NCBI GenBank assembly: GCA_963843145.1
Contig: CAWJJC010000023.1
Span: forward strand, 32,001-96,000
Direction: 5' to 3'
DNA length: 64,000 bases
DNA from: an uncultured delta proteobacterium
GTDB lineage: Bacteria > Desulfobacterota > RBG-13-43-22
Shown here: positions 48,291 through 59,215 of the stretch, in pieces
How positions within the stretch are numbered: position 1 is the stretch's first letter
How the letters are laid out: each line of letters begins with the position of its first letter
The notes under the pieces: model-generated
Seen by the model: the letters and a program-made list of their open reading frames with translations, nothing else
Told to the model about the DNA's origin: nothing
Databases searched by the model: none
Program-made: the position numbers and the translations under genes

Positions 48291-50388
48291 CTATCGCCTC
48301 TTCGCTGCCGTCGGCCTATTTACGGGGCCCCCCTCCGAGGGCGATAATTTGATGACCACCGGATCCCCGGTGGTGGTGGAGATAGCCACGTCATCCACGA
48401 AAAAATTACTGGTATACCCTTCATCGGTTACCACCTTGAAGGTCAGATCCAGCGTCTGTCCCCGGTACCCCGATAAATTGACCGTGTCCTGCACCCACCC
48501 GTTGGTGTTGTTATTGGCGCATAAATCATATCCTTTAAGGTTCTGCGTCCCCAGGAAGACTCCGGCGGTATCATAACCGCAGAGATCATTCGAACCGATC
48601 CAGTACCAAAAACTGAGGGTCTGCGCAGTATCGGGGACCTTGATCTTTTGGGATAAAACGGAAATCTCGAAATCGGCCCCTCCCAGCCAGGCCGCCCAAG
48701 TCCCGCTATGGGGTGTGATCTGCAGTCCTTCGACCGGAGTCATAACCAGCATGTACCCGTTGCTGGAGGACTCCTGCCAGGTGCCGTCACGCCCGGACTC
48801 AAAATCACCGTTTCGAAGGGCGGCGGAAGACGTCGGTTTCCACCGGATTATTAACAACCAGGGGGAAATAGATCCACTGGGAGGCCGTGAAGGGCGGGGA
48901 GTAAATCACATAATTGGCCGAATAACCGATATTGGAAGTGCCCCGGGTGATCCGCATATAGCCGCTTTCTCCCCAGGAGGCCCCCCAGGAGTTTCTCATA
49001 ATCCAAGTGTTTTCAATATCGTTCCAGCCGACCAGCACCACGGCGTGATTGACCCCGCCACCGCAATAATTTCTTTCGTCGGTACTAAAAACGCCTCCCC
49101 GGTAGCCCTGCATCTTCGGGCCGGAACAGACCGCTACGGCCACCGGCCCATAACTGTAGATGGCATTTTTGATCGCTTCCGCGGTCGGGATGCTGGAATC
49201 ATTGCCCACGTAACTCCAGTTAATCAGCCGGTAAGGGTGGCTGAACACCCGGTTACAGGATTGGGTGGCGCCCACGTAGGGAAAATCCGCTTCCAAAACG
49301 GCCCCGGGCTGGGTCTGGTTGATGGCGGTTTGATTGTAATGGTATTCATGGGCCCACCAGCCGCCGTTGCAACTATACCCGTCGGTGTTACAGGAAAGCA
49401 GGAATTCCTCCGAGAGGTCCGTGGTCAAGCTGCTTTTCCATTTCAGATTGGCTTCAAAGGGACCGACCGTGCCGAAGGCCCAGCAACTCCCGCAATTTCC
49501 CTGGTCCCGGACCGGGGTGAGTATCCCGGAATCCCTCCAGTCAAAGGAGGCAGGGAGTCCTAGTGTCGGCGTGCCGGATAGCGGGGCTTTCCGGTCAGCG
49601 GAGAAACGGGGTTGATCGATAGGCGGTTCTGGATTGCTCAAATCGGAAATCAGGGAGATCTCAGCCGCCTGGAGGGTGATTTCCATCTGGGGGGCCTGGG
49701 ATTCGATCCAGGGGCGACGATAGAGGAGCCGAACGGCGGTTTCCCCCTCCGTCACCCCTTCCAGAGAAATAATTTGTCGGGCGGAACCCCCCAACCTACT
49801 TCCCGAAGATTGAAATTGCACCGCTTCCCCCGGTTTCAATTTCAGCGCCTCCAGGGTTTGAATTTCCCAGACATAGCCGCTGGCCAGATTGGATTCCAGG
49901 ATTAAGGCCAGAGGTTCACCGGACTTGACGCTTCCCCTCAATTCCAGCAGGGACGGGCCATCAGTAAACGGCAGGGTTGGATCAGTAGCCAGGAACAAGG
50001 CCTTCCGAAACTGCCCCCACCCCTCAGTTCCCTGAAGCTGGATCTCATAGGTCAGACGGCCTTCCGGGCCGACCTGTTTCCGGAGGTTAGGGGTAACCCT
50101 CTGGGCCTTGAGTTTCCCCAGGAGTTGATCGGCTAAGAGCCGATCGATCTTAGCTTCCCGATCCCTCACTTCCGGGCTGAAAGCAATTTGGACCTCCGCT
50201 TCCCAATGCTGATCGGACAAAAAGCGGGCCGCGGTTTGGCTGTGAGCCGGAGAACCGGAAACCATCCCAAAAAAAGTTAAAATCAGAATGGTAATCCTCA
50301 CCAATAAGGGAGCGAAGATAGGATTAGATATGGACACGCTGAAGCACTCCTTCCATTGTGGCCCGATACTATTAGTGGTACTGCGCAC
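48291..50388 (-). CDS. Secreted chagasin(I42)-papain(C1A) fusion protease with C-terminal beta-sandwich domain, paralog A (frameshift near 48838)
   Basis: I42 motifs ESNLASGYVW, LGG, YRRPW. C1A motifs DQGNCGSCWAF, NHAV, RNSWG. Then YFPLV, and an NGDFESG domain in the next frame (48291-48857). Confidence 0.85.
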
Positions 50389-50714
50389 TTTTGGATAGGT
50401 AGTTCTCCAAAAGGAAAAATCGCCTTATTTTATCAGGATAGTTTAATAATCATAATCGCCACCGTCAAGAGGGAAGTCCCCTGGCCATTCCCCGAGGAGA
50501 TCTAAAGGAAGTCCAAAAAATTCCGATTTACCCCGTGGCCTGTCAATAACTCCGGAAAGGTCTTGATGAAGGACCTGCAGGAAATCCGGCTTTCCGTCGG
50601 ATAGCCCTGCAGGCGTGGGGTGGGCAAGTGATAAATTTTCCAACAAAATCGTTTGTGCGATCGGGGGCTTTAATGGGCCGGAGTGAGCTGATCCTCAATG
50701 GGGATTTAGAAGTT

Positions 50715-52877
50715 TTATCGGCCTTTCTCCGCCGATGGCCGGGCGGACTTTCTTATCCCGGGAGAAAACGACATCCTGGTTTTAGGGATCTCGCCTGAGC
50801 CTCTCAACGACTGCGGCGACTGGGCCCCCACCAGGATGGACACATCATCCAACAGGAGGGCTGCTGAAAAATCTCCGGTAGGATCAGGGGCGATCTCCGC
50901 CTTAAAGGTCAGATCCAAGGCTTTACCCTGAAAATTTGCCGGAATAGCTACCTTTCATTCGTCCAGCCGAAGAGTTCCTGGTTGCAAATCGTAGGTTTTT
51001 ATAGGGGTAGTGTCCAAGATAAACCTCCCCATAACTCCCTCCAATATTATCGTTGGAGTCGATCCAATACCAATAATCGAGCTCAGTGGCATCCGCGGGA
51101 ACAGTGATGCGTTGGGTGAGCGTGGCGACCTCAGCAGGATCTCCACCCAACCAGGCGGCATAAATTACCGCTATGATTAGAAATATCATAATCGGATAAA
51201 TTGACAATTACAAATTCTTGCCAAGAATTAGCTCGAAGTGATTGCCCAGGTCCCATCCGGCCCGTTTTCAAAATCCCCGTTGCAAACGATTTGCTGGCAG
51301 GCGCCTTTATCGTTCAAAACCACCGGCAAATAGACCCAATGGGTGACGGCGGTTTGCGGCGGGGACGGCGGAGGCGTTGGAGGTAACGGCGGAGGACTGG
51401 ACGTATAGACCACGTAATTGGCCGCATAGCCGATATTGGAAACATTTCTTTTTATTCGCATATAACCGGACTCACCCCAGCCGGTTCCCCAGGAATTCTT
51501 CATGATCCAGGTATCGGTGGCATCGTCCCACCCAACCAGCACCACGGCATGGTTGACCTGCCCGGTCTTGCAAACATTTTTTTCATCGCTGGAAAAAATC
51601 CCCGAGCGATAACTGGAGAAGGCCGAACCGGCGCAAACAGCCGCAGCAACCGGCCCGTAGGTGGCGATGGCGTATTTAATGGCTTCCACCGAGGGCACCC
51701 CGTAAGAATTGCCCACATACTTCCAGCTTTCAATCTTCTGGTAATGGGCATGAGGAGGATTGCAGACGCTGTTGCTGGCGGTATAGGGAAAAAGGGTTTC
51801 CAGTACCGATCCCGCTTCGAGTTCACCGGACACCTTTTTGTCCTTGTGATAATCGTGGGCCCACCAGCCGCCATTGCAGCTCCAACCGCTGTCGTTGCAG
51901 GAAAGCAGATATTGCTCGGAAAGATCGGCTAATTCCCCCCCGCTGATCAACAGCTTGGCCTCCAAAGGTGCTACGGTGCCGAAGGCCCAACAGCTCCCGC
52001 AGGATCCCTGATTTTTGACGGGGGAGACATAATTCTGCCCATTCACGCTGCGCCAATCAAAGGAAGACGCCAATTGCAGCGAACCGGAGGCGATTTCCTC
52101 TCCTGGGGTAGTGGTAACCAGGGCTGCCGGGCGCCTCAACGGGGGGTTGGGATTACCTAAGTCGGCCACCAGGGCGATCTCGGGAACTTGAATGGTAGTC
52201 TTTCTTTTAGGGACCTGATCGCCCAACCAGGGCCGGCGGTAGGTAAACTGGACAGAGGTTTCAACATCCTCCAGTCCTTGCAAATAGATAATCTGGGTCA
52301 TGGGGGCACCCAATAGATCACTTTTGGACTCGAAAACGGCATCCCCCTGCTGAAGGACCTGTTGGGCATTCGCAGTCGTGAGTTCCCAGATAAACCCGGT
52401 CGAGGGATTGCTTTCCAAAATCACTGGGATGGACTCCCCTTTTTTGACCCTGCCAATCAGTTCCAGGGCCACCGGGCCATCGGTCAACGGGATGGTCGGA
52501 TCGGCGACGACAAAAATCACTTTTCTAAACTGATCCAACCCCTCGTTTCCCTGGAGAGTGATCGTATAGGTAAAGCCGGCATTTCTTTCCAGACTCCGGG
52601 ATAAATGATAGGCTACCCGATGTGGTTGAACCTGTTCCTGGAGGGTTTGTCGAAGCTTCTGAACTATCCCTGATTCCTGCGCAGCCAAGTCCGGGCTGAA
52701 GGTGATGGCAATGTCCGCTTCCCAATCTTGAATCCCGGTTTGAATTAATTCACCAAAGCACTCTCCCGACCCGAAGGAGATCAATGTGATCAAAGTTAAA
52801 GAAAAGAAGAATGCCAACCCGCCCAACAGCCTCTTCAACGGGTTGAAGTTTTCACGAAAGCGATTGAAATTATTCAT
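50715..52877 (-). CDS. Secreted chagasin(I42)-papain(C1A) fusion protease, paralog B (tail 50715-51230 broken by several frameshifts)
   Basis: ESNPSTGFIW, LLGA, YRRPW; NQGSCGSCWAF, NHAV, KNSWG; YLPVV; NGDFENG. Tail fragments AAWLGG...YWYWI and LDLTFK...LDDVSI match paralog A. Confidence 0.85.
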
Positions 52878-52932
52878 AGTCGTTTATTAGGTGTAATTCC
52901 TGAGTTGCTTTTCCCTTATTTGCTCAGTACTC

Positions 52933-52959
52933 TTATCGGCATTTCCCGGACAAACTTAA
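52933..52959 (-). promoter_or_regulatory. Sigma-28 (FliA/SigD) promoter
   Basis: TTAAGTTT-N11-GCCGATAA against consensus TAAAGTTT-N11-GCCGATAA, about 55 bp upstream of the protease ATG. Confidence 0.75.
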
Positions 52960-53241
52960 ATCCTGTCCCGCCTTTTGCGGAGGTGGGATAAACCGCTCGA
53001 AATCGTTCCCCCGATCAGCCGGGTCGGGCTAAAACGAAAAAATTTCCTCACCGCTTTCATTTTATTGTCCGTTTTACCGATAAGGCCGGTAAAGGAGCGG
53101 ACCAACTGTCTTTTTACAGAAAATTTGGAAAGTTAAGCAATCCTTGTGGTAGACCGGCGACGGGGTTGCCGCCGGGTTTCCGGCGCGCTTCCGGCCCGGG
53201 CATAATTCAAGACGCCGCCGACTGACGCGAAAGGGGGTACA

Positions 53242-55278
53242 TTGACCAGGCCGGATCATAGAAAAGGAAGAAAAGCCGGATTTTTTCGAATCAGGAGAGA
53301 TAAACCCTCAGCCTTGAATTTCAAGACCGATATATCCGAGCGGAGGCGCTTGGAGAAGGAGCTCAAAAGTTCGGAAAAATTCTATCGAACGTTGATTGAG
53401 AACGCCATCACCGGCGTATATCTGATGGAGCCTGGCCGGTTTATCTTTGTCAATCCGCGCTATTGCGAAATGAGCGGTTATTCTTCCGAGGAATTGCTTA
53501 TCCTGGATCCCTTGTCGCTGATCGCCCCGGACTATCGGGAAGAAATTAAATCCCGGTTGAACAAACGTTTCAGCGGGGAGGAACCCTGGGCCGAATACGA
53601 AACCCGAATGATATGCCGGGATGGCTCTTTTCGGGATATCCTCATCCGGGCCGTTCGGATCGAATATGACGGCCGGCCGATGGTTCTGGGCAATTTTTTC
53701 GACATCAGCAGCCGGAAACAGGCCGAAAGGGCGTTGGAAGAAAAGGAAAAGAAATTTCGTTTGCTCTACGAGGATGCCCCACTGGGATACCAGTCTCTGG
53801 ATAAAGAAGGACGGCTGCTGGAAGTCAATAAGGCCTGGCTGGATCTATGGGATTACCGGCGCGATGAAGTCCTCGGCCGCTGGTTCGGGAATTTTCTGAC
53901 CCCGGAATCCCAAAAATTGTTCGCCGCCCGTTTTCCCTGCTCCGAAGGGAATGAAGCCCTTCACGGGGTGGAATTTGAAATTCTGCGTCGTGATGGGTCC
54001 TCCAGGACAATTGCCGTCACCGGACGAAGGAGCTTGGAACGCTCCGGCCAAATGAACCAGACCCATTGCATTATTCAGGATATAACCAATCGAACCCAAT
54101 TCGAACGACAGTTGCGCCAAGTCCAGAAAATGGAAGCCATCGGCACCCTGGCCGGAGGAATAGCTCATGATTTTAATAATCTGCTGGGGGCCATTCTTGG
54201 GTACGCGGATTTGGCCCTCCTGGGCGCCTCCGGCGACTCTTCCCTGCGACACAATCTGGAACAGATTCTCCAAGCCGGATTTCGGGCCAGAGGGTTGACT
54301 AAACAAATATTAGCCTTCAGCCGGCAATCCGAGCAGGAGCGCAAACCCCTCCGGATCGGTCCGATTATCGAGGAAACCCTCAAGCTAATGAAGGCCTCCA
54401 TCCCTTCCACCATTAAAGTCCAGGCCCTTATTGCTGATGGAGAAGACCTGATCTTCGGAGACCCTACTCAAATCCATCAGGTCATCATGAACTTGTGCAC
54501 CAATGCGGCTCAGTCCATGCGTGACCAGGGGGGGATACTAAACGTGCGTTTGTTTCCCATTGAGATCCCTATAGAAGAGAAACATTGGCATCCCGATTTG
54601 TCAGCGGGCCCTTTTCTTAAGCTGGAAGTTGAAGACACCGGCCAAGGGATAGAGCCCAGATGGCTGGATAAGATTTTTGATCCCTTCTTCACCACTAAAG
54701 ACCCCGGTGAGGGCACAGGAATGGGTCTGGCCGTAGTGCACGGGATTGTCAAAAGTCACGGTGGGATAATCGGCGTTGAATCCGAACCCGGGAAAGGCAG
54801 TCTTTTCACCGTTCTTCTCCCGAAAATCCAACACGAAACCCTACCTGAACCTATCGAAGTCAGTCCAATGCCCACTGGGCGGGAGAGGATCTTATTGATT
54901 GACGATGAGGAGATTTTGGTCGACCTGGGGAAACAAATGCTGGAGTACCTGGGGTACCAGGTCACGACCCGAACCAGCAGCCTGGAGGCCCTGGAATTAT
55001 TCAAGAGCCAGGCCGACCGGTTCGATCTGGTCATAACCGATCACACCATGCCCCAGATGACCGGATTGGACCTGTCCAAGGCCCTGTTGGAGCTCAGGCC
55101 CGGAATCCCCATCCTCCTTTGCACGGGCTTTAGCGAAACCATCACCCCGCAGAAGGTTCAGGCCCTGGGCATTCGGGAATTAGTCATGAAACCGATCGTC
55201 TTTAAAGAATTGGCCGGAATCATCCGCCAGACATTAGACAAATATCAAATTCCGCTCCAACGTTCTTTAGCTCAATAG
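53242..55278 (+). CDS. Hybrid sensor histidine kinase (2 PAS, HisKA, HATPase, REC)
   Basis: [44 protein letters not shown] and KP motifs. Start is uncertain. Confidence 0.94.
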   Translation: MTRPDHRKGRKAGFFRIRRDKPSALNFKTDISERRRLEKELKSSEKFYRTLIENAITGVYLMEPGRFIFVNPRYCEMSGYSSEELLILDPLSLIAPDYREEIKSRLNKRFSGEEPWAEYETRMICRDGSFRDILIRAVRIEYDGRPMVLGNFFDISSRKQAERALEEKEKKFRLLYEDAPLGYQSLDKEGRLLEVNKAWLDLWDYRRDEVLGRWFGNFLTPESQKLFAARFPCSEGNEALHGVEFEILRRDGSSRTIAVTGRRSLERSGQMNQTHCIIQDITNRTQFERQLRQVQKMEAIGTLAGGIAHDFNNLLGAILGYADLALLGASGDSSLRHNLEQILQAGFRARGLTKQILAFSRQSEQERKPLRIGPIIEETLKLMKASIPSTIKVQALIADGEDLIFGDPTQIHQVIMNLCTNAAQSMRDQGGILNVRLFPIEIPIEEKHWHPDLSAGPFLKLEVEDTGQGIEPRWLDKIFDPFFTTKDPGEGTGMGLAVVHGIVKSHGGIIGVESEPGKGSLFTVLLPKIQHETLPEPIEVSPMPTGRERILLIDDEEILVDLGKQMLEYLGYQVTTRTSSLEALELFKSQADRFDLVITDHTMPQMTGLDLSKALLELRPGIPILLCTGFSETITPQKVQALGIRELVMKPIVFKELAGIIRQTLDKYQIPLQRSLAQ

Positions 55279-55346
55279 ACATCTAATCCGTCAAGTTCTT
55301 GACTTAATCAAGCGTCTGGAAGGCTAGCGGACCAGCCCTTCGAGAT

Positions 55347-55402
55347 TAACCTATTGAAATAAGGATATTATTAAAAATTTAATTTTTGGTACAATTCTTG
55401 AA
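55347..55402 (+). promoter_or_regulatory. Sigma-54-like promoter with upstream IHF-like site
   Basis: TGGTAC-AATTC-TTGAA at 55387-55402, and TAACCTATTGAAA (reverse complement TTTCAA-TAGG-TTA) at 55347-55359. Confidence 0.45.
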
Positions 55403-55411
55403 TAAATAGTA

Positions 55412-55516
55412 TTAAGGTCAACGAAAGAAATATCTCCCTCGACTCGACCTTGAATCCCTTCCCTCTTCGGCCTGTCCGTTTGCGGATTGAAATCCCCGGG
55501 CAGGCCCTGCCTTTTG
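55412..55516 (+). ncRNA. Candidate small RNA
   Basis: Lies downstream of the orphan sigma-54-like promoter. CT-rich stretch, GGCCTGTCCG...CGGGCAGGCC stem and T run, with no credible plus-strand CDS. Confidence 0.3.
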
Positions 55517-55535
55517 CTGAAAGACAAAAGAGTTT

Positions 55536-55946
55536 TCAGTCAGCGATCAGGTTGAATTCCAGGACTTGGATCTCTCCCGGGTCGAGGGAACCTTTGACCG
55601 GATGCGGACCCAAGCGGACTTTTTTTCCGATGAGTCCCATATCTGCCGTTTCCGGGTCTCTATTCACAATCAACCCCATCACCCAGGGTCCCTGTTCCAG
55701 CTCGACCAGGGCAAGAACATAGGGGGGTTGTTTGCCTTCCGGGGCTACCCGGATGACCGTGAAGGTGCGGATCGCGCCCTCCCCTTTAATCTCCGCCGGA
55801 AACAAGTTTGGCCCTCGGCAGGTTCGGCAGACTCCTTGAGGGGGAACGGTGTAGGTCCCGCAGGATGGGCAGTGCAACCCCAATAATTTTCCCTCCCTCA
55901 GGCCCTGCTGGTATTGCTCAAACGTTAAGGGATATTCCATCTTCAA
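55536..55946 (-). CDS. DUF35 Zn-ribbon/OB-fold protein (thiolase partner)
   Basis: CPSCG...PP..VCRTC and PYVLALVELEQG motifs; overlaps the thiolase stop codon. Confidence 0.92.
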   Translation of the reverse strand: MKMEYPLTFEQYQQGLREGKLLGLHCPSCGTYTVPPQGVCRTCRGPNLFPAEIKGEGAIRTFTVIRVAPEGKQPPYVLALVELEQGPWVMGLIVNRDPETADMGLIGKKVRLGPHPVKGSLDPGEIQVLEFNLIAD

Positions 55947-57109
55947 CTCCTGAAAATGAGGTTGCAGACTGTTCCGAAATCTCCGCCCAGGGTGTCCACC
56001 AGCCCCACCCGGGCTCCAGCCACCTGGCGGGCACCACTTTCCCCGCGCAGTTGTTCTACGATCTCCACCACCTGGGCCGCGCCGGTGGCCCCAATCGGAT
56101 GCCCCTTGGCCTTGAGGCCCCCCGAAGGATTAACCACCACCCTGCCCTTGAAGGTCGTCTCCCCTTTAGCCGCCGAGTCATGGGCTTGTCCGAAATCGTA
56201 AAAACCCAAACCCTCCAAGGCCAGGATTTCGGCAATGGTAAAACAATCATGGAGTTCCACCACATCGATATCCCGGGGAGTCAGTCCTGACTGCTCATAG
56301 GCTGCCTGAACCGAGGTTTCCCGGGCCTTGACCCGAGTCAGATCCTGCTGACGGTATAATGGTCCGGCCGAGGCCTGGCCCATCCCGACGATATAAACGG
56401 GTTTTTTCGTCAGCTTCCGGGCCGTCCCGGCCTCCGCGATGACCACCGCCGCCGCGCCGTCAGAAAAAGGGCAGCAATCCAACAACTGCAGGGGATCGGC
56501 CACCATCATTCCGGTCAGCACCGTTTCCGCCTGAATGATTTTCTGAAAATGGGCCTTGGGATTCAGGAATCCGTGGGAATGGTTTTTGACCGCCACCTCT
56601 GCCATGTTCCTCTTTAGAACCTCCAGGGGGATTCCATACTTGTGGGCGTACAGATGGGTAGCCATGGCAAAGACCCCTGGGAAAGTCAGCCCCACCGCCG
56701 ACTCGTACTGGGCCTGGCAAGCCATGGCGAAGGTCCGGGTGGCCAGAGGCGTGCCCATTCGGGCGGCCCGTTCGGTACCCCCGGCCAGGACCAGGTCGTA
56801 AACCCCGGAGGCCACCAGCAGGGCCGCATGGCGTATGGCCACTGTAGCCGTGGCACAGGCCGATTCGAAGCGGGTGGCCGGGGCCGATACGGGCAGGCCT
56901 AGCTCCGCGTGGGCAAAGGGCGCCATGTGCAGTTGCCCCTCCTCAAAATCACCCAGACAGTTGCCGAAAAACAGAGCCTGCAACGCCTTGGGTTCCAGGT
57001 TGGATTGTCCAATAGCTTCCAGGCCCGCTTCGGCAAACATCTCCAGATTGCTCTTCCGGGAAATGCCGAATTTGGTCATCGCCGCCCCCACTACTGCAAC
57101 CTCCCTCAT
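55943..57109 (-). CDS. SCP-x-type thiolase family protein
   Basis: ESACATA, DCCPFSDGAAA, ELHDCFT and NPSGGLKAKGHPIGATG motifs. Confidence 0.93.
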   Translation of the reverse strand: MREVAVVGAAMTKFGISRKSNLEMFAEAGLEAIGQSNLEPKALQALFFGNCLGDFEEGQLHMAPFAHAELGLPVSAPATRFESACATATVAIRHAALLVASGVYDLVLAGGTERAARMGTPLATRTFAMACQAQYESAVGLTFPGVFAMATHLYAHKYGIPLEVLKRNMAEVAVKNHSHGFLNPKAHFQKIIQAETVLTGMMVADPLQLLDCCPFSDGAAAVVIAEAGTARKLTKKPVYIVGMGQASAGPLYRQQDLTRVKARETSVQAAYEQSGLTPRDIDVVELHDCFTIAEILALEGLGFYDFGQAHDSAAKGETTFKGRVVVNPSGGLKAKGHPIGATGAAQVVEIVEQLRGESGARQVAGARVGLVDTLGGDFGTVCNLIFRS

Positions 57110-57164
57110 GCACCCCTCCTATTCATAGTTCCTTTGTCCGGTATTCAACATCCTACGATCGGCT

Positions 57165-57932
57165 TTACTTCGCCCCCATCCTCAATCCGCCGTCCAAACG
57201 GATCACTTCCCCATTCAATAGGGGGTTTTCAATGATCTGGGCCGCCAGCATGGCGAATTCCACCGGCCGTCCCAAACGTTTCGGGAAAAGGGTCATGTTG
57301 ACCAGGGACTCATAGACCTTGGGAGACATGCCGGCCATCATGGGGGTTTCAAACAATCCGGGGGCGATCGTCACGATTCGAATCCCATAGTTGGCGAACT
57401 CCCTGGCAATAGGCAGGGTCATACCGGCCACCCCTGCCTTGGAGGCGGCGTAAGCCGCCTGACCGAACTGGCCTTCATAGGCTGCGACTGAAGAGGTATT
57501 TACCATCACGCCCTTTTCACCGTCCTCGTTAGGTTGATTTTTGTTGATCTGCTCGGCGGCCAGGAGGATCACGTTCATGGTGCCGATCAGGTTGATTTGG
57601 ATTACCTGATTGAACCGGGCGATGTCCATCGGCCCCTCTTTTCCCAGCACCCTGCCGGGAGTGGCCACACCGGCACAGTTCACCACGAAATGGATAGCCC
57701 CGAAAACTTCCATGGTTTTGGAAATGGCCTCTTTCACGCTGGCCTCATCCGTCACATTGGTTTTACAGAACAGCGCATCTCCACCTAATTCGGAAGCCAC
57801 TTTTTCCCCCCGATCCTGGGCAAAGTCGAGGATCGACGCCTTGGCCCCTTTCCCCATTAAATAGCGCACCGTGGCCTGCCCCAAACCGGAAGCCCCGCCG
57901 CTGACCACGGCTACCCCACCCTTAATCTCCAT
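57165..57932 (-). CDS. SDR 3-hydroxyacyl-CoA dehydrogenase (HSD17B10-like)
   Basis: SGGASGLG, NCAG, YAASK and IRLDGGLRM motifs. Confidence 0.93.
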   Translation of the reverse strand: MEIKGGVAVVSGGASGLGQATVRYLMGKGAKASILDFAQDRGEKVASELGGDALFCKTNVTDEASVKEAISKTMEVFGAIHFVVNCAGVATPGRVLGKEGPMDIARFNQVIQINLIGTMNVILLAAEQINKNQPNEDGEKGVMVNTSSVAAYEGQFGQAAYAASKAGVAGMTLPIAREFANYGIRIVTIAPGLFETPMMAGMSPKVYESLVNMTLFPKRLGRPVEFAMLAAQIIENPLLNGEVIRLDGGLRMGAK

Positions 57933-58159
57933 CTTCTTCCCCCTCTCTTCTGAATTAATGAAATATTATCAAACGTTATTATGAGGTTAGCTTCATTCCT
58001 GGTCCCATGAACCGGGGCTATCATAGTAGGCTTATTTTGACAAGTCAAGACGTTGCCGACTGGCCGGCGCCTTCGTTTTGACCTTTCGCTGACCTGAGAA
58101 GATCCGCGGTGGAGTGGATGGGGAACGATTTGAGGTGAAGGACAGATTTCAATAAGCGG

Positions 58160-59215
58160 TTAAAAACGAAAAAGGGAGGCCCCCCAGGTAAAACCGGCCC
58201 CAAAAGAGGTAGTCAGAACCAGATCGCCTCGTTTGATCCGATCGGAGCGGACCCCTTCATCCAGGGCCGTGGGAATGGTGGCCGCCGAGGTGTTGCCGTA
58301 CTTCTGAACGGTCAGGATCACCTTTTCCAGGGGGACTTCCATCAGCTTGGCCACGGCCTCGATGATCCGCAGATTGGCCTGGTGGGGAATAAACCAATCG
58401 ATCTGCCGGCGGGAGATTCCACCTTCTTCCAGGGCGGCTTTCGAGGCTTCCGCCATGGAACGGACGGCATGTTTGAAGACCTCATGGCCCTTCATCTTTA
58501 CGTATTGGAGTCGCCGGTCGATCATCTCATGGGTCGGCGGGTTGAGCGAGCCGCCACCGGGGACATTCAGGAGTCCCCAAAGGTCGCCATCGGAATAGAT
58601 CCGGGTGGAAAGGAGTTCTCCCTCCCCTTTTCGGGTGAGCTGCCCCAGAACGACCGCTCCAGCCCCGTCTCCAAAAAGCACGCAGGTATTTCGATCCTCA
58701 AAATCGGTTCGGTGCGAAACGATCTCCCCCCCCACCACTAAGACTCGTTGATGGGATCCATCCTGCATAAACTTCTGGGCCACGGCCAGCCCGTATATGA
58801 ATCCCGGGCAGGCGGCATTGATATCAAAAGCCACGGCCTTTTTGGCCCCAAGCCGGTGCTGGACTATGCAGCCCGCGGAAGGAGAGGGCATATCCGCCGT
58901 GGAGGTGCCGATAATAATCAGGTCCAGTTCCTTCGGAGAAACGCCCGCCATTTCCAGGGCTTTTTCCGCGGCCGGGACCGCGAGATCGCTCAGGGCCTGC
59001 CCGGGCAGAACCATCCTTCGTTCTTTAATTCCGGTCCGACTGACGATCCATTCGTTGGAGGTATTTACCAGGCCTTCGAAATAAGCGTTGGGGACGACCC
59101 GTTCGGGAATAAAGGATCCTGTCCCCAAAATGCGCACTTTCTTCAATTGAATGTCTTTCCCCCCATCGTCTTTGATGCTTTGAGAATTATTATCATTTGA
59201 AATACTATTTATCAA
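58160..59215 (-). CDS. fabH: 3-oxoacyl-ACP synthase III
   Basis: RTGIKERR, AACPGF, FGDGAGA, PHQAN, YGNTSAA and FGAGFTW motifs. The true start may be the TTG at 59146. Confidence 0.93.
   Translation of the reverse strand: MINSISNDNNSQSIKDDGGKDIQLKKVRILGTGSFIPERVVPNAYFEGLVNTSNEWIVSRTGIKERRMVLPGQALSDLAVPAAEKALEMAGVSPKELDLIIIGTSTADMPSPSAGCIVQHRLGAKKAVAFDINAACPGFIYGLAVAQKFMQDGSHQRVLVVGGEIVSHRTDFEDRNTCVLFGDGAGAVVLGQLTRKGEGELLSTRIYSDGDLWGLLNVPGGGSLNPPTHEMIDRRLQYVKMKGHEVFKHAVRSMAEASKAALEEGGISRRQIDWFIPHQANLRIIEAVAKLMEVPLEKVILTVQKYGNTSAATIPTALDEGVRSDRIKRGDLVLTTSFGAGFTWGASLFRF

Noticed and set aside
50940-50970. In-frame TGA in the protease B tail as selenocysteine
   Set aside because: It lies in a multiply frameshifted region and does not align with a Cys in paralog A.
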